IMG/VR virus record: IMGVR_UViG_3300036846_000279
Location: 1 to 56,549 of that record
Direction: 5' to 3' (one strand)
Source of the DNA: a virus
Lineage: Duplodnaviria > Caudoviricetes
Length of the DNA: 56,549 nt
How positions within the stretch are numbered: the first letter of the stretch is position 1; each line of letters begins with the position of its first letter. The notes under the pieces were generated by a model that saw only the letters and a list, made by a program, of their open reading frames with translations, was not told the DNA's origin and ran no database searches. The translations under genes and the position numbers were made by a program. Positions 39,276 to 49,086 of this stretch are shown here, piece after piece.

Positions 39276-39726
39276 CTTCGTCGTCTTTCTGGACTCCGAA
39301 GATCTTTGCAAGCACCTTTTGTTTGGCTTCTTGGTAGGCTTGTGCTGCATCTTCTTCTCGATCAAATCGACCAAGAAAGATTGGCTTATAATCTATACTT
39401 ATCATCGCCTTCCATTTCTTCCTTGAAGATTCCCAATGATAACCTTTAGCCTCACGCCAGCGAAGATGCTGATTGTCGCTATTTGTTCCCACTTTTAGAT
39501 TCTCTCGTCTGTTATCTAGACCATCATCATTCAAGTGAAGAACTATTTTGCCGCTTCCTGGCTTTGCTATGAACTCGTGCATACTAAGCCACGGATTACC
39601 ACTCTCATATGCGTACCAATGACCTTGCCAAGTAACTCTAGCAATCCATTTACGTTGTGATACACGTTCGTAATCTTCGTCAGAAACGAGAGCTGTTTTG
39701 CCCTGAGTTAGGCTAATCTTCCTCAT
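39265..39726 (-). CDS. Second HNH-AP2 endonuclease
   Basis: ISLTQGKTALVSDEDY, HLNDDGLDNRRENL and FLGRF..EEDAAQAY; paralog of 35937-36485. Confidence 0.88.
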   Translation of the reverse strand: MRKISLTQGKTALVSDEDYERVSQRKWIARVTWQGHWYAYESGNPWLSMHEFIAKPGSGKIVLHLNDDGLDNRRENLKVGTNSDNQHLRWREAKGYHWESSRKKWKAMISIDYKPIFLGRFDREEDAAQAYQEAKQKVLAKIFGVQKDDEDDE

Positions 39727-41293
39727 CAACCTGGGACCCGAAGATTTGCATGAACCAGCCATGCTTGGTATTGACTGCATCAAGCACTCTGTAGTCTACA
39801 GTATTCCTGGCTCTGATGTAGATAAGCTGTGCAGGCTGAGTCTGTCCTGGTCTAAACACTCGACCTATAGCCTGCTTATTCTTAGCAGGCGACCAATGCT
39901 GATCGAGGAAGATAGCTCTGTGGGCGCTTGTGAGGTTGATTGATTCACTACCTACATCAAGCGTACACATGAATACCTGATGCTTCTTGGCAGGGAATGT
40001 CTCCTTCCACATCTCAAACCGCTGCTGTTCATTCATCTCAGCTCGCAGATGGAGATAAGGAATCTTAGCCTTAGTCAGTCTACCTTTCAGCAACTCCAGT
40101 GGATCTTTGAAGTTACTGAACACAACGATCTGATCCTTACGTTCCTCATCCCATTCCAGTGACTCGATAACCTCCATCGCAGCATCAAGCTTAGAAGACG
40201 GATCTTCGAGTTTAACCTGAATCACACGCCTACCCATTTTCCAATCGAATTCATCCCGAATTACCTTCGGAGTAGCGACTGAAATCTGACGCAAACGATT
40301 GAGCATTGATAGAACGTTAGGTGACTGCAACGGCTCACCTTGCTGATCGAGAGTCTGAAGGTACTTCAGAATCTCATCATACATCTTACGCTGAGTAGCG
40401 TTAAGATCAACAGGCACAACCGTTTCGATAGGCTCAGGAATGTTGGGGAAGCATTCAAGCATAGTACGCCTAACGCCTACCCTCTTAACTAGATCCCTGA
40501 ATTCAGCCTCACGCTGAGGTTTGATACCTACGATCTTACGATAGCCACCATCGTAATCCTCTTCACAGTAAGCCTCACGGAACTTCCAATAAGACGAGTA
40601 AGTCTTAGGATACAAGAAGTTCAGCAGCGACCAGATTTCCGCAGGGTTATTGACAAACCCGGTTCCAGTCATAATATGCTTATACTGCGCTTTGAGTTTC
40701 TTGATGTTCTTCGTCCACTGTGTATCCTGGTTCTTCATACGGTGAGCCTCATCGACAACCACCATATCCCAATGCATACGAAACAGAACGTTACACTTTG
40801 GGATCACCATTTCAAACGTACCATCATCGTTAATGATGGGCATTCCATGCTCGTCCTTAGCTTGACGAGGAATACATGCTTTGTTGGTGAAGCAGTTATA
40901 GTGAGCCACAACCACCACAGGATGCATGTTCAGTGGATCAGGCAACTTCACATCAACCGGAACAGGCTTACCACCGACAACCAACTGAAACTTCGTTGTG
41001 CTGGTAGTAAAAACTGTCCAGTCAGGCAATACCTCCGGCAAAGATTCGTAGTACGTTCCCTTACCAGATTTGGTTGTGATAACCAAGATGCGCGGATTAG
41101 GGACGTGACGAGTTTTATGACTCCAAAGCCACTCAGCAGTTGAAGTCTTCATCGCGCCCATCTCACTGAAGTTAGCAGAACTATCCTGCTCAATCAGCCT
41201 AGTCAAATCTTCACGCTGGAAATCGTGCATGAAGAACTTACCACCTGGCTTCTTCCTCAGTAGAGGCTGCCGCACCAGCATTTCTTCACTCAT
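39713..41293 (-). CDS. SNF2-like (SF2) helicase
   Basis: VVDEAH, MTGT, VVFSNF, ESINLT and QAIGRVFRPGQ motifs. Confidence 0.9.
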   Translation of the reverse strand: MSEEMLVRQPLLRKKPGGKFFMHDFQREDLTRLIEQDSSANFSEMGAMKTSTAEWLWSHKTRHVPNPRILVITTKSGKGTYYESLPEVLPDWTVFTTSTTKFQLVVGGKPVPVDVKLPDPLNMHPVVVVAHYNCFTNKACIPRQAKDEHGMPIINDDGTFEMVIPKCNVLFRMHWDMVVVDEAHRMKNQDTQWTKNIKKLKAQYKHIMTGTGFVNNPAEIWSLLNFLYPKTYSSYWKFREAYCEEDYDGGYRKIVGIKPQREAEFRDLVKRVGVRRTMLECFPNIPEPIETVVPVDLNATQRKMYDEILKYLQTLDQQGEPLQSPNVLSMLNRLRQISVATPKVIRDEFDWKMGRRVIQVKLEDPSSKLDAAMEVIESLEWDEERKDQIVVFSNFKDPLELLKGRLTKAKIPYLHLRAEMNEQQRFEMWKETFPAKKHQVFMCTLDVGSESINLTSAHRAIFLDQHWSPAKNKQAIGRVFRPGQTQPAQLIYIRARNTVDYRVLDAVNTKHGWFMQIFGSQVDEED

Positions 41294-41313
41294 TTGTTAC
41301 CTCCCTTCGTGCC

Positions 41314-41754
41314 TTAGCTAACAAAGTAGTTTTCCCAATGATTGCCACCATCTTGCTGACCATCAGGGAAGACTATCACGTAAGGCTTCTTACGCTTTCT
41401 AGCAAGTCTAACGACCTGCCATGTACCTGAGCCACGATGTAGCTCAGACTTGTTGAACGGAGCAATCACCACAACATTGCTAACTCTCACAATGTTCTGA
41501 TTCCTAATTGAATAGGGCTGCGGAGGTTCAACTTCCGTAGCATTGCAGTAGGCTCTCTGCTTAGGATTCTCAGGAGGATGCAGACGAATATTGTAACCAA
41601 GATCCATAGCAATACGATGGACCTCTTCGTCTGACCCTTCACAATCACCATGATTGAGCCAAGTACCTAATTTAGCAGAGCTAAGCAGCCGTGAGATTAC
41701 GGCTGTTTGAGCAGGTGTCATACCCCTGCGAGTTCCGCTGAATCCTACTTCCAA
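41314..41754 (-). CDS. SLOG/DprA-like Rossmann-fold protein
   Basis: VGFSGTR, HGDCEGSD, RNQNIV and SGTWQVVRLA motifs. Confidence 0.7.
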   Translation of the reverse strand: MEVGFSGTRRGMTPAQTAVISRLLSSAKLGTWLNHGDCEGSDEEVHRIAMDLGYNIRLHPPENPKQRAYCNATEVEPPQPYSIRNQNIVRVSNVVVIAPFNKSELHRGSGTWQVVRLARKRKKPYVIVFPDGQQDGGNHWENYFVS

Positions 41755-41785
41755 AGTTGTCTCCCGTTCGAGCTATATTGCTTAC

Positions 41786-42190
41786 TTATGATAACTCACT
41801 GAGAATATGAGCTAAAGCGTCTGTCTTGCTCATACCCTTTTCACGATACAAATAGACGTATCGCCGTGAGTATCTTCTACAGCTTTTGTATTTTCTACAG
41901 AAGATGGCGTTGCGTTTACCTCGCTTTATTCGATTGCCACACACAATACAAATAGGGCGCGCTGGCCCAAGTGAGATAGCATCAATTGCTTGCCAAACTG
42001 ACAAGCCACGCGAGATGTAATATTCAAGATGATCTGCGTTAAGCCTTAGATACCCTTCTACTGTGTCTCTTAGCTTGGGTACGCATTCTTCACAGAATCC
42101 TGAATCAGTTTCACCTTCGTAGAATTTCCCGCAATTAGGACAGACATAGCTTTCTGTTTGCCCTAAACTTTGAGTAACGGAGGAGCGCAT
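41786..42190 (-). CDS. Zinc-finger hypothetical protein
   Basis: CPNC..CEEC and CIVC..FC...C. Confidence 0.65.
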   Translation of the reverse strand: MRSSVTQSLGQTESYVCPNCGKFYEGETDSGFCEECVPKLRDTVEGYLRLNADHLEYYISRGLSVWQAIDAISLGPARPICIVCGNRIKRGKRNAIFCRKYKSCRRYSRRYVYLYREKGMSKTDALAHILSELS

Positions 42191-42210
42191 TTCCCCAGAA
42201 TGCGAACTAG

Positions 42211-42480
42211 TTAAATGCGCTTCACTCCGTTACTACGACTGTCACCCGAAACGGGAGAAACGGATGACACCGCATGACACAGGGTAGCATAATTGCTAGC
42301 CTTTGTCAAGTCATTCGCTTCACCAGTTACACCATCAGTCGCGGGTCCCCAAGTTACACCATCATTCGTGAGAACCACACGATAGCCACGATTGAGGATA
42401 TCTTCAATCTCATCATATCCCCAAATCGCAATCTCATGGTCAAGAAACTTGCGCTCAGTTGTGTAATCAACTGCGGTCAT
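42211..42480 (-). CDS. Hypothetical protein
   Basis: RBS AAGGAG. Confidence 0.65.
   Translation of the reverse strand: MTAVDYTTERKFLDHEIAIWGYDEIEDILNRGYRVVLTNDGVTWGPATDGVTGEANDLTKASNYATLCHAVSSVSPVSGDSRSNGVKRI
42281..42309 (-). promoter_or_regulatory. Sigma70/SigA-type promoter inside a CDS
   Basis: TTGACA-17-TACCCT with extended TG. Confidence 0.7.
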
Positions 42481-42502
42481 AATAAGCTCCTTGTTTACTG
42501 TG

Positions 42503-42585
42503 GGTGAGCTTGTTGAGTCTCAATCTACCCTCCCCAGAGAACTAGACTGAGACTCAACAAGCTCACCTAGTTAGACTAGGTGAGC
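42503..42585. repeat. Intergenic long stem plus overlapping short hairpin
   Basis: ggtgagcttgttgagtctca...tgagactcaacaagctcacc overlapping gctcacctag-ttaga-ctaggtgagc. Confidence 0.85.
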
Positions 42586-42604
42586 CTGCTTAGTTGGCTT
42601 AACC

Positions 42605-42928
42605 TTAGACTGCAACCTCGTCGGCAACCTCAGCCGTCTCAGTCTCATCGACAAGGCCAGAAGCCTGAAGGTTGATGAGGTAAACCTGATCCTCATTAGC
42701 GATAACCTTCACGTACTCGCTACCCTCCTTAGCCTCCTTGTTTTCCTTCGCGTTCTCGAAACCCTGCTTAAGAGTCGTAGCCTTTTTGTCCTTCAGTTCC
42801 GGCCACGTCTCGTTTACCAGAACACCCTGCTCGCCTGATGCGAGAAAAGCATTCAGCTTCTCGATATACATACCCTTCGTGCGAGTCTTGCTAAGAAGGG
42901 CTGCAATCTGATCGGCGGTAAGTGCCAT
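42605..42928 (-). CDS. Hypothetical protein, paralog of 50700-51035
   Basis: Shared KL..F..S.E.G....E.WP...K.A.TL.QGF..A pattern. Confidence 0.75.
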   Translation of the reverse strand: MALTADQIAALLSKTRTKGMYIEKLNAFLASGEQGVLVNETWPELKDKKATTLKQGFENAKENKEAKEGSEYVKVIANEDQVYLINLQASGLVDETETAEVADEVAV

Positions 42929-43035
42929 ATGTTTTAACTCCCTTTCGTTGTTTTGCCATTCGGCAATTGATTTACGTGCAATCGCTGTAACTCTCTCCGT
43001 TCCAGCGAAACCTTTTTAACTCCCGTTACCTGACC

Positions 43036-43527
43036 TTACTTGGTAACCTCGCTGTCACGCTCTAGCTGTGACAACCGATTTTCGTGATTCCTTAGTGCCT
43101 GACTGATATTTATACCTCCTTGTGATTCGCGCCACGCTTCCAACCGTCTCACGCGGGTTTCAAGCTCTACTAGAAGTGTAGCAGGGTTCGCGCCGTGAGT
43201 CAAGCCCTCGAATGTAAAATCTTCCGGGGGACGATACAGCCGCACTTCCGACCCTACCCCCCGAGCGCCTCTCTTTACTATCTGAATTGACCCACTTTGG
43301 ATAAGCATTCGTCGAATCCTAGAATAATAGGCTGACGAGATTCCCAATTGATTGAAGAGTTCCGTGACCTTTCCGACAAACACATGAACGTCGTCTTCCT
43401 GGTAACTCCGCTCTAGCATAGCGTCATACAACCTTCGTGCATGAGTAGCGATTGCTAGCTCTTTCTCTTCAGCGGGCTGTTCAGGCTGAGCGGGCTGAGC
43501 GGACTGACTGGTTTCTACTTCACTCAT
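43036..43527 (-). CDS. Winged-helix plus coiled-coil hypothetical protein
   Basis: LFNQLGISSAYYSRIRRML...GSIQIV. Confidence 0.6.
   Translation of the reverse strand: MSEVETSQSAQPAQPEQPAEEKELAIATHARRLYDAMLERSYQEDDVHVFVGKVTELFNQLGISSAYYSRIRRMLIQSGSIQIVKRGARGVGSEVRLYRPPEDFTFEGLTHGANPATLLVELETRVRRLEAWRESQGGINISQALRNHENRLSQLERDSEVTK
43175..43203 (-). promoter_or_regulatory. Sigma70/SigA-type promoter inside a CDS
   Basis: TTGACT-17-TACACT with extended TG. Confidence 0.7.
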
Positions 43528-43834
43528 CTGTATCACTTCCTACCTGCAATTGGTTGGGGTTTATAGCCATCCAACCTTCGAGAAAACAGATCCGACACAT
43601 AAACTGTCCACTAACCATAGCCACGACAGTCTTGTGTTTATCTCTCAGATCTGGACAATCGGGATTCTCACATATTGCTAGCTCACCAGTCTCTTCATCG
43701 AGAATCTTGTGAGCTAGCAAGAACCATGTTTTGTAATCCCTAACCGATGTATCTGGACCAGTCTTGCGTTTTCCACCACGCTTCTTCTGTGGTAGAGCTA
43801 GCAAGGCTTTAATCTGATCTGCCGATAGGCTCAC
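43520..43834 (-). CDS. Zn-binding hypothetical protein
   Basis: CENPDC...CRIC; N-terminal LSADQIKALL. Confidence 0.7.
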   Translation of the reverse strand: MSLSADQIKALLALPQKKRGGKRKTGPDTSVRDYKTWFLLAHKILDEETGELAICENPDCPDLRDKHKTVVAMVSGQFMCRICFLEGWMAINPNQLQVGSDTDE

Positions 43835-43851
43835 TACTGAGCCGCCTTTCT

Positions 43852-44160
43852 TTAGCTACCGAAACTGGGGATCGGTGGCTGAGCAGTCTGTACAGGCTCA
43901 GTAGGCTTAGGCGTCACAGCACTTACGGCATTCTGATCTTCCGTAAGACTGACTCCACCCTCAACACGCTCAGGCACAACCTTGTAGCTGTTTGCGATAG
44001 ACTCCTGAATGACTGCAATACCAGCCTCAAGAGCCTTACCGAGAACTTCCATGTTAGGAAGCTCACGACCATTAACACTCAAGCCGATTTCACACTCGAC
44101 TTTAGTGTAACGATCCCGAGTTTGCAAATCGAAGTTCTGACGAATACCTGTCTTAGGCAT
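43852..44160 (-). CDS. Hypothetical protein
   Basis: RBS GAAAGGT. Confidence 0.7.
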   Translation of the reverse strand: MPKTGIRQNFDLQTRDRYTKVECEIGLSVNGRELPNMEVLGKALEAGIAVIQESIANSYKVVPERVEGGVSLTEDQNAVSAVTPKPTEPVQTAQPPIPSFGS

Positions 44161-44191
44161 ATCTACCTTTCATTTCTCCCGTTTATGGGAC

Positions 44192-44401
44192 TTACGGACT
44201 TACCAGAACAGGCTGCTCAGGCACAGTCTCTTCAATCGCAATCATGATTGAATCACTAGCCTTAGCAACCGTTGCTTCTTTCGTACCGCGAGTCACTGTA
44301 ATCTGCCGTGACATATTCGCGGAGACTTGATCTACAGCGTTACGAATGTCACGCCAAAAGATCTCGTCTTCAGTATTTACTACGTTACCTTTACTAGCCA
44401 C
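44192..44401 (-). CDS. Hypothetical protein
   Basis: ORF track; coupled to neighbours. Confidence 0.6.
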   Translation of the reverse strand: MASKGNVVNTEDEIFWRDIRNAVDQVSANMSRQITVTRGTKEATVAKASDSIMIAIEETVPEQPVLVSP

Positions 44402-44696
44402 GATCCAACCAATGCCTATTCATGGCTTTAAGCTCAAACCAACCGCAAGGAACAGTACCTTCGATAGGACTGACCCAAGCAAAACCAGGCCGCTTATCGT
44501 AGTTAATCTTGTATTCCCTACCGTTGTCAAGCCTAACCTTCGGAAGCTTATGCTTGAAGGTTGCAATCAGAACAGTCTTGTTCAGCGGATTCAGCCAATC
44601 GTAATACTTATCCTTCTCATTGGCTTTCTCCACTGACGGACTTCTTGGTTGCACAGGTTGGTTCGCAAGAATACGATTGCCTTTAACTTGTGGCAT
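44394..44696 (-). CDS. Hypothetical protein
   Basis: ORF track; coupled to neighbours. Confidence 0.65.
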   Translation of the reverse strand: MPQVKGNRILANQPVQPRSPSVEKANEKDKYYDWLNPLNKTVLIATFKHKLPKVRLDNGREYKINYDKRPGFAWVSPIEGTVPCGWFELKAMNRHWLDRG

Positions 44697-45010
44697 TATC
44701 CATCCTCGCCTTGTAGTTCTCTGCTTAGAGCAGACATTCTACCTTCAGCCAATCGAGTCATACTTGTACTCAACTCAATCAGCCTTACCAGAACTGTCTG
44801 ACATTCCCTGACATTCCTTAGTACCGTATCTGCTGCTCTAAATGTCCTATCATCGGGCATCGAAAGCAATATACTGACAGGTACTACTTGTTCAGTTATC
44901 TTGTCATTCAATTCTAGAACTTCACCAACGAGAGCCTGATTATCCAGCATGAACTGCTTGAGATATTCAGCCTCAAAAGCGATTTGTTCCGCTCTTTTCT
45001 GAGTAGGCAT
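44696..45010 (-). CDS. Hypothetical helical protein
   Basis: ORF track; coupled to neighbours. Confidence 0.65.
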   Translation of the reverse strand: MPTQKRAEQIAFEAEYLKQFMLDNQALVGEVLELNDKITEQVVPVSILLSMPDDRTFRAADTVLRNVRECQTVLVRLIELSTSMTRLAEGRMSALSRELQGEDG

Positions 45011-45023
45011 TAACTCTGCCTAC

Positions 45024-45209
45024 TTAATCCTCGATCTTGCAGTACCAACCCTCGGGCAGCATATCGTTGATAACGTTCTCGACCTTACCAAGGTCAAGTT
45101 CGTTAACCTCAACTTCAATACCACGCTCAGCCAAATCAATATTTGGCTCACCCGAAACATCAGGACCCATGATCCTGAGCCGGTAACTAACAATACGAGT
45201 TGTACCCAT
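45024..45209 (-). CDS. Hypothetical protein
   Basis: RBS AGGAGGT. Confidence 0.7.
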   Translation of the reverse strand: MGTTRIVSYRLRIMGPDVSGEPNIDLAERGIEVEVNELDLGKVENVINDMLPEGWYCKIED

Positions 45210-45311
45210 GTTACCTCCTAACCAAGGTAGTACCTAAATGCGATTACCGCCTCAACTGTGAGGATAAGTACCGCTGCATAGACTACTACCCATTTGGTCA
45301 TTGTGGTCTTG

Positions 45312-45390
45312 CTAACTTCAGCTAATGCTAAAGTTAGTGGAACGGCTAGCGCCGCACAGAGAGCCGCTCCACTAACCCTAGTGGGTTAGC
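45312..45390. repeat. Overlapping-hairpin element ending in CTAACCC-TAGT-GGGTTAG
   Basis: gttagtgga...tccactaac stem; includes the TAA stop of the 45386-45571 gene. Confidence 0.8.
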
Positions 45391-45571
45391 CGGGAATCCA
45401 ATCATCCCAATCTTTATGACTTCCATTCCCGTTTGTTGAAGTTTTGTCCTTGATTTTTTGCGGTGTCCTGTGGGGTTTTTTACGAGTGGGCGTGATTTTT
45501 ACGTGATCGATTCTATACAAGATAGAACCTAACACAACTATCACTATCACTATCGTTCCAAACACACCCAC
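45386..45571 (-). CDS. Small membrane-anchored protein
   Basis: N-terminal hydrophobic helix. Confidence 0.6.
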   Translation of the reverse strand: MGVFGTIVIVIVVLGSILYRIDHVKITPTRKKPHRTPQKIKDKTSTNGNGSHKDWDDWIPG

Positions 45572-46085
45572 TATGCAATGTCCTTGAGGAACTCAAAGCC
45601 AATTACAACCATAGCTTCTGTTGCCCGTTTCTTCATGTTACTACTAGGCACCATACTACCCGGCAAATCATCTTTGGTGAAGATAGTTCCAAAGACAAAA
45701 TCAGGATGCTCTTTTACCTTGTCAAACAGGCTGTAAATTGATTCAGGTTCACTCATCGACTTTAACCTCGATTGTTGCAATCTGACAGTTCTCAGTTGCA
45801 GCGATACCTTCTGCCCATTCTCTACAATCATGGAGCGCGTCTTCCTTGTTAGGATAAGGCAATCCAGAATCGTAGAGAATCACAGTGAACGTGTAGTTTT
45901 CCACTACAGACCTACCTGTTCGCAAACATCGTTCATGTAACCTCGAAGCTTACGAATGTCGTCTTTTACTGCTTGTTCATCTTCCTCAGTCTTTACAGTC
46001 CAACTGTGGAGTCTTGTCTGAAGCACCACTGTTCGATGTTGCAGAGCAAACAGCGAAGCTTGTAGTCTATCAATATCCATTTCCA

Positions 46086-46640
46086 CTAGCTTGATTCTCC
46101 CGTCCATGTTACTCTACCACGACACTTTGCACAGCGATAACTAATCCCGCTTTGTGCTCTGCGGTGTCTTGTGGAACCCATCTCATGTTTCGTTCCACAG
46201 CTACAAGTGTAGCGAAACTTCTTGGTCTTCTTAGCTGGTACTACATCGTACTGATGACAACGATCTGCTGGCAAATTCAGCCTATGCATGATGTTTGCCC
46301 ATTCCCAACCATGACTCTTTGCCTTAGGATACAAGTCATGGACTACACAATGTGCAATCTCATGCGGCAGAACTTGATTGACCATATCATCGTAGTACCT
46401 TGGATCGTTAAGCATCGTGCTATTCAATCTGATAAGCCTTGTGCCATAAGCATAACCGGCAGTAGCACCTTTCAGATCATAGACAATCTTAGCACGTTCA
46501 AGCTTAACACCCAGTGATACCTCAAGAGCTGAATAGACAAGCTCAGCCTTACTTTCAATCTCCGCAACTTTGCGGCTGTCTACGGTGCCAAGCAGATTTA
46601 TAATCTGCTCAGTTTGTAATCCCACCAGTGAGCCAGTCAC
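46086..46640 (-). CDS. SprT-like zinc metalloprotease
   Basis: TAGYA, HEIAH, HGWEW and C-terminal YTCSC...YRCAKC. Confidence 0.9.
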   Translation of the reverse strand: MTGSLVGLQTEQIINLLGTVDSRKVAEIESKAELVYSALEVSLGVKLERAKIVYDLKGATAGYAYGTRLIRLNSTMLNDPRYYDDMVNQVLPHEIAHCVVHDLYPKAKSHGWEWANIMHRLNLPADRCHQYDVVPAKKTKKFRYTCSCGTKHEMGSTRHRRAQSGISYRCAKCRGRVTWTGESS

Positions 46641-47308
46641 GCTAGGCCGAGCTTGTTGAGTAGGTCCAATTCATCACTACTCGCCTGACCATACAAGCGA
46701 GCAGCACAAATTGGCCCAATACCTTGAAGCCTTGAATCCTTATCTGTGAGAATTCTGTTACAGACACCGCAACGTCCAAGCCTCATACCATATTCATTCA
46801 TAGCTGTGACTGGATCTTTAGCGATTTCTGCCAGAACTGCCTTACGATGGTCAGGACTCTTCACTGGATAGAAGAAATCACTTGCCTGAACTGCCAGGAA
46901 AGTGTAACCTTCCCAACGATCCTTGCCTTTGTTAACCCGAAAGAACTTTTCCTTACCATCTGTCGGATCAACGATAAAGAAGTAACCAGGCTCAACATCA
47001 CAATCTACCTCAGCCATAGGAACTCCCGTTGGGTGTGGGGTAGTTGGCTGAACCGGCTGGTTTGGTTGAATAGCATCGGGATCACTAATCAGTGGCCGAG
47101 GCTGCTCAACAGCAGGCTTAGCTTTCTTAGGACAAGCAAGCAACGTCTTAATGACTGCACTTGCTTGCTCCATACTAAGCCGCTTGATATCACCAGTCAA
47201 CAGAAACTCTCTTTGAGCTTCATTCAGACTGGACATATCCTGGCTAGCAATCAGATCCCCAACAAACTTAAGTTGCGGAGCCGAAATACTACCGGGCGTA
47301 GTATCCAT
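46637..47308 (-). CDS. DUF6011-like domain protein
   Basis: C-terminal CGVCNRILTDKDSRLQGIGPICA. Confidence 0.75.
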   Translation of the reverse strand: MDTTPGSISAPQLKFVGDLIASQDMSSLNEAQREFLLTGDIKRLSMEQASAVIKTLLACPKKAKPAVEQPRPLISDPDAIQPNQPVQPTTPHPTGVPMAEVDCDVEPGYFFIVDPTDGKEKFFRVNKGKDRWEGYTFLAVQASDFFYPVKSPDHRKAVLAEIAKDPVTAMNEYGMRLGRCGVCNRILTDKDSRLQGIGPICAARLYGQASSDELDLLNKLGLA

Positions 47309-47430
47309 AGTACCTCCCGTTATTTACCTGTGTTAGTTACAACACAGGATTGAGCCTAGCAACGAGCGATAGTCGGTATCCCCTCAGACACAACCCTCAA
47401 ACTTGCTGCTAGACTCAATTCTGTGTTGCT

Positions 47431-47595
47431 TTATGCTGCTGTTGCTGCTTTACGGTCATAACATTGATGCCGTCCCTTTTCATCAATGACATAATGCCTT
47501 CGCAAACGTCCATCACGAAGGACAGCAATCGGTCTTTCGCAAGTTACACAACGCTTAAAGCGTTCATTACCAAACTTCAAGATAACTTCTGTCAT
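47431..47595 (-). CDS. 54-aa Zn-ribbon-like protein
   Basis: RBS GAAAGGAGG; CVTC...H...C; not in the ORF track. Confidence 0.65.
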   Translation of the reverse strand: MTEVILKFGNERFKRCVTCERPIAVLRDGRLRRHYVIDEKGRHQCYDRKAATAA

Positions 47596-47765
47596 GCTGT
47601 CCTCCTTTCGTTTTCAAGTTAGGTTAGTGAAGTAACAAGAGACAGGGTTCTTACGCTTACCGCCGCCCTGTATTCCTGCTGGCACAGGCAGACGCTTTAT
47701 TCTCTATCCTGCCAGAGATAAGAGTCTTTGTCGCCTCTTTATTAACTCCTGTTACTTCACTAACC

Positions 47766-47903
47766 TTACTTGTTGACCTGAGTTTTCCAAGCGTTGCGTT
47801 CTGACCTTTTCAAGTGCCGTCTTTCTTGTCTGCGACCCTTGCCAGAGTCACCATAGACACGACAGCAGCCATAAGAACATCTGACTGCTTTGTTACCTAG
47901 CAT
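47766..47903 (-). CDS. 45-aa basic protein (MLGNKAVRCSYGCCR...)
   Basis: AACGGGAG upstream; downstream of the promoter at 47951-47979. Confidence 0.6.
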   Translation of the reverse strand: MLGNKAVRCSYGCCRVYGDSGKGRRQERRHLKRSERNAWKTQVNK

Positions 47904-47950
47904 TTTCAATTCTCAACTCCCGTTCTGGACGCACTTTCCCCGTCTCGACC

Positions 47951-47979
47951 AGTGTAGCACCATATCAGGTTCTTGTCAA
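47951..47979 (-). promoter_or_regulatory. Sigma70/SigA-type promoter
   Basis: TTGACA-17-TACACT with extended TG. Confidence 0.85.
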
Positions 47980-48107
47980 GCAGGATTTACGATTTCCTTA
48001 CATCTTGGTTCCTGCGGATTCAGCGGTATGCTAATATCCATTCCTATACCGTGGCCCTATTTAACAAGACCTCCCACAGGTGTGATGCTTTGGTGATGTA
48101 AGTTAGA

Positions 48108-48175
48108 GTTGGTGAGATAGTAGGATGACTAGGGTAAGGGGGTCCTACTATCTCACTAACCCTAACCGGGTTAGC
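48108..48175. repeat. Overlapping-hairpin element
   Basis: gttggtgagatagtagga...tcctactatctcactaac plus CTAACCC-TAACC-GGGTTAG. Confidence 0.8.
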
Positions 48176-48269
48176 CGAGCTTTGTGCCGATTAGATATAG
48201 AGCACAAGCCCAAATACCAAACGCAACAGCAGTTCCGACGATAGCAAGGATCTGTGTGCTAGTCAGCAT
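48171..48269 (-). CDS. 32-aa membrane peptide
   Basis: MLTSTQILAIVGTAVAFGIWACALYLIGTKLG; stop lies inside the hairpin. Confidence 0.5.
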   Translation of the reverse strand: MLTSTQILAIVGTAVAFGIWACALYLIGTKLG

Positions 48270-48271
48270 GA

Positions 48272-48571
48272 CTAATAAACAGTGCTTGCAGACTCAGGAG
48301 ATTCCTGAGCAGCTACCAGATTGAGCAGATAAGTCTCCTTGGGGAAACGCATCTTACTCATCTGAAGCTTCACCGGATCGTACTGGTAATTCTTACGTGC
48401 CCAACTTGAGTTAGGCTTGGCATACCTACATGCCGCGATATAGACACACGGCGTGAAGAGTAGCCAACCAAGAATTACCATAGTTGTCTTGCCTTTCTGA
48501 ACACCTACAACAGACGCCCAAATGAGCGTACCGAGATAGGCGAGCAGAAAGACTGCAACCGCTGCTCCCAT
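48272..48571 (-). CDS. Membrane protein (two TM helices)
   Basis: Hydrophobic N-terminal half; AACGGGAG upstream. Confidence 0.7.
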   Translation of the reverse strand: MGAAVAVFLLAYLGTLIWASVVGVQKGKTTMVILGWLLFTPCVYIAACRYAKPNSSWARKNYQYDPVKLQMSKMRFPKETYLLNLVAAQESPESASTVY

Positions 48572-48782
48572 AGATTGTCAACTCCCGTTTTGTGAGAACT
48601 TAACTTGAGCGGAACAATTCTTGTAATTGCTCCATAAGGCCAGTGGCTTATCCCTGGCTAATAGTGGACCAAGCGACAGTAGCGTTCCCTAGGCTACTAC
48701 TCTCATGCCCTTGAGTTAGCTTGGTTTTTGCCACTGACCTTATGCAGCAATTGATTTGTATTGTTAACTCTCCCTCTATGAC

Positions 48783-48921
48783 GATGGCTTGTTTGGCTTG
48801 CAAGATGTTGCCCGCAGGTCATCTTCCAAATCTGCATCCACACATTGACATTCATTCGCTTTGGCCGCTTGAGGCTCTATTTCAGCCTGGCTGTTTGATT
48901 AGACACGATTGTGTCGCCATC
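48783..48921 (-). ncRNA. Candidate multibranch structured RNA
   Basis: Closing gatggc/gccatc stem with several internal hairpins; no credible ORF; strand inferred from neighbours. Confidence 0.4.
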
Positions 48922-49086
48922 AGCGTTTTTTATCACGGGTCTTCCGCCTAGTCAGCGTTAGCTGTGTTGTGGAGGTACAAACGAGTTATTAGTTCGGGGG
49001 TTAGATCGTTCACTCAATTCGTGAGGATTGGAGAACGCTGCATAGACCTATTGGCCTAGCGTTGAAAATAACCCCCGAACCTTGTC

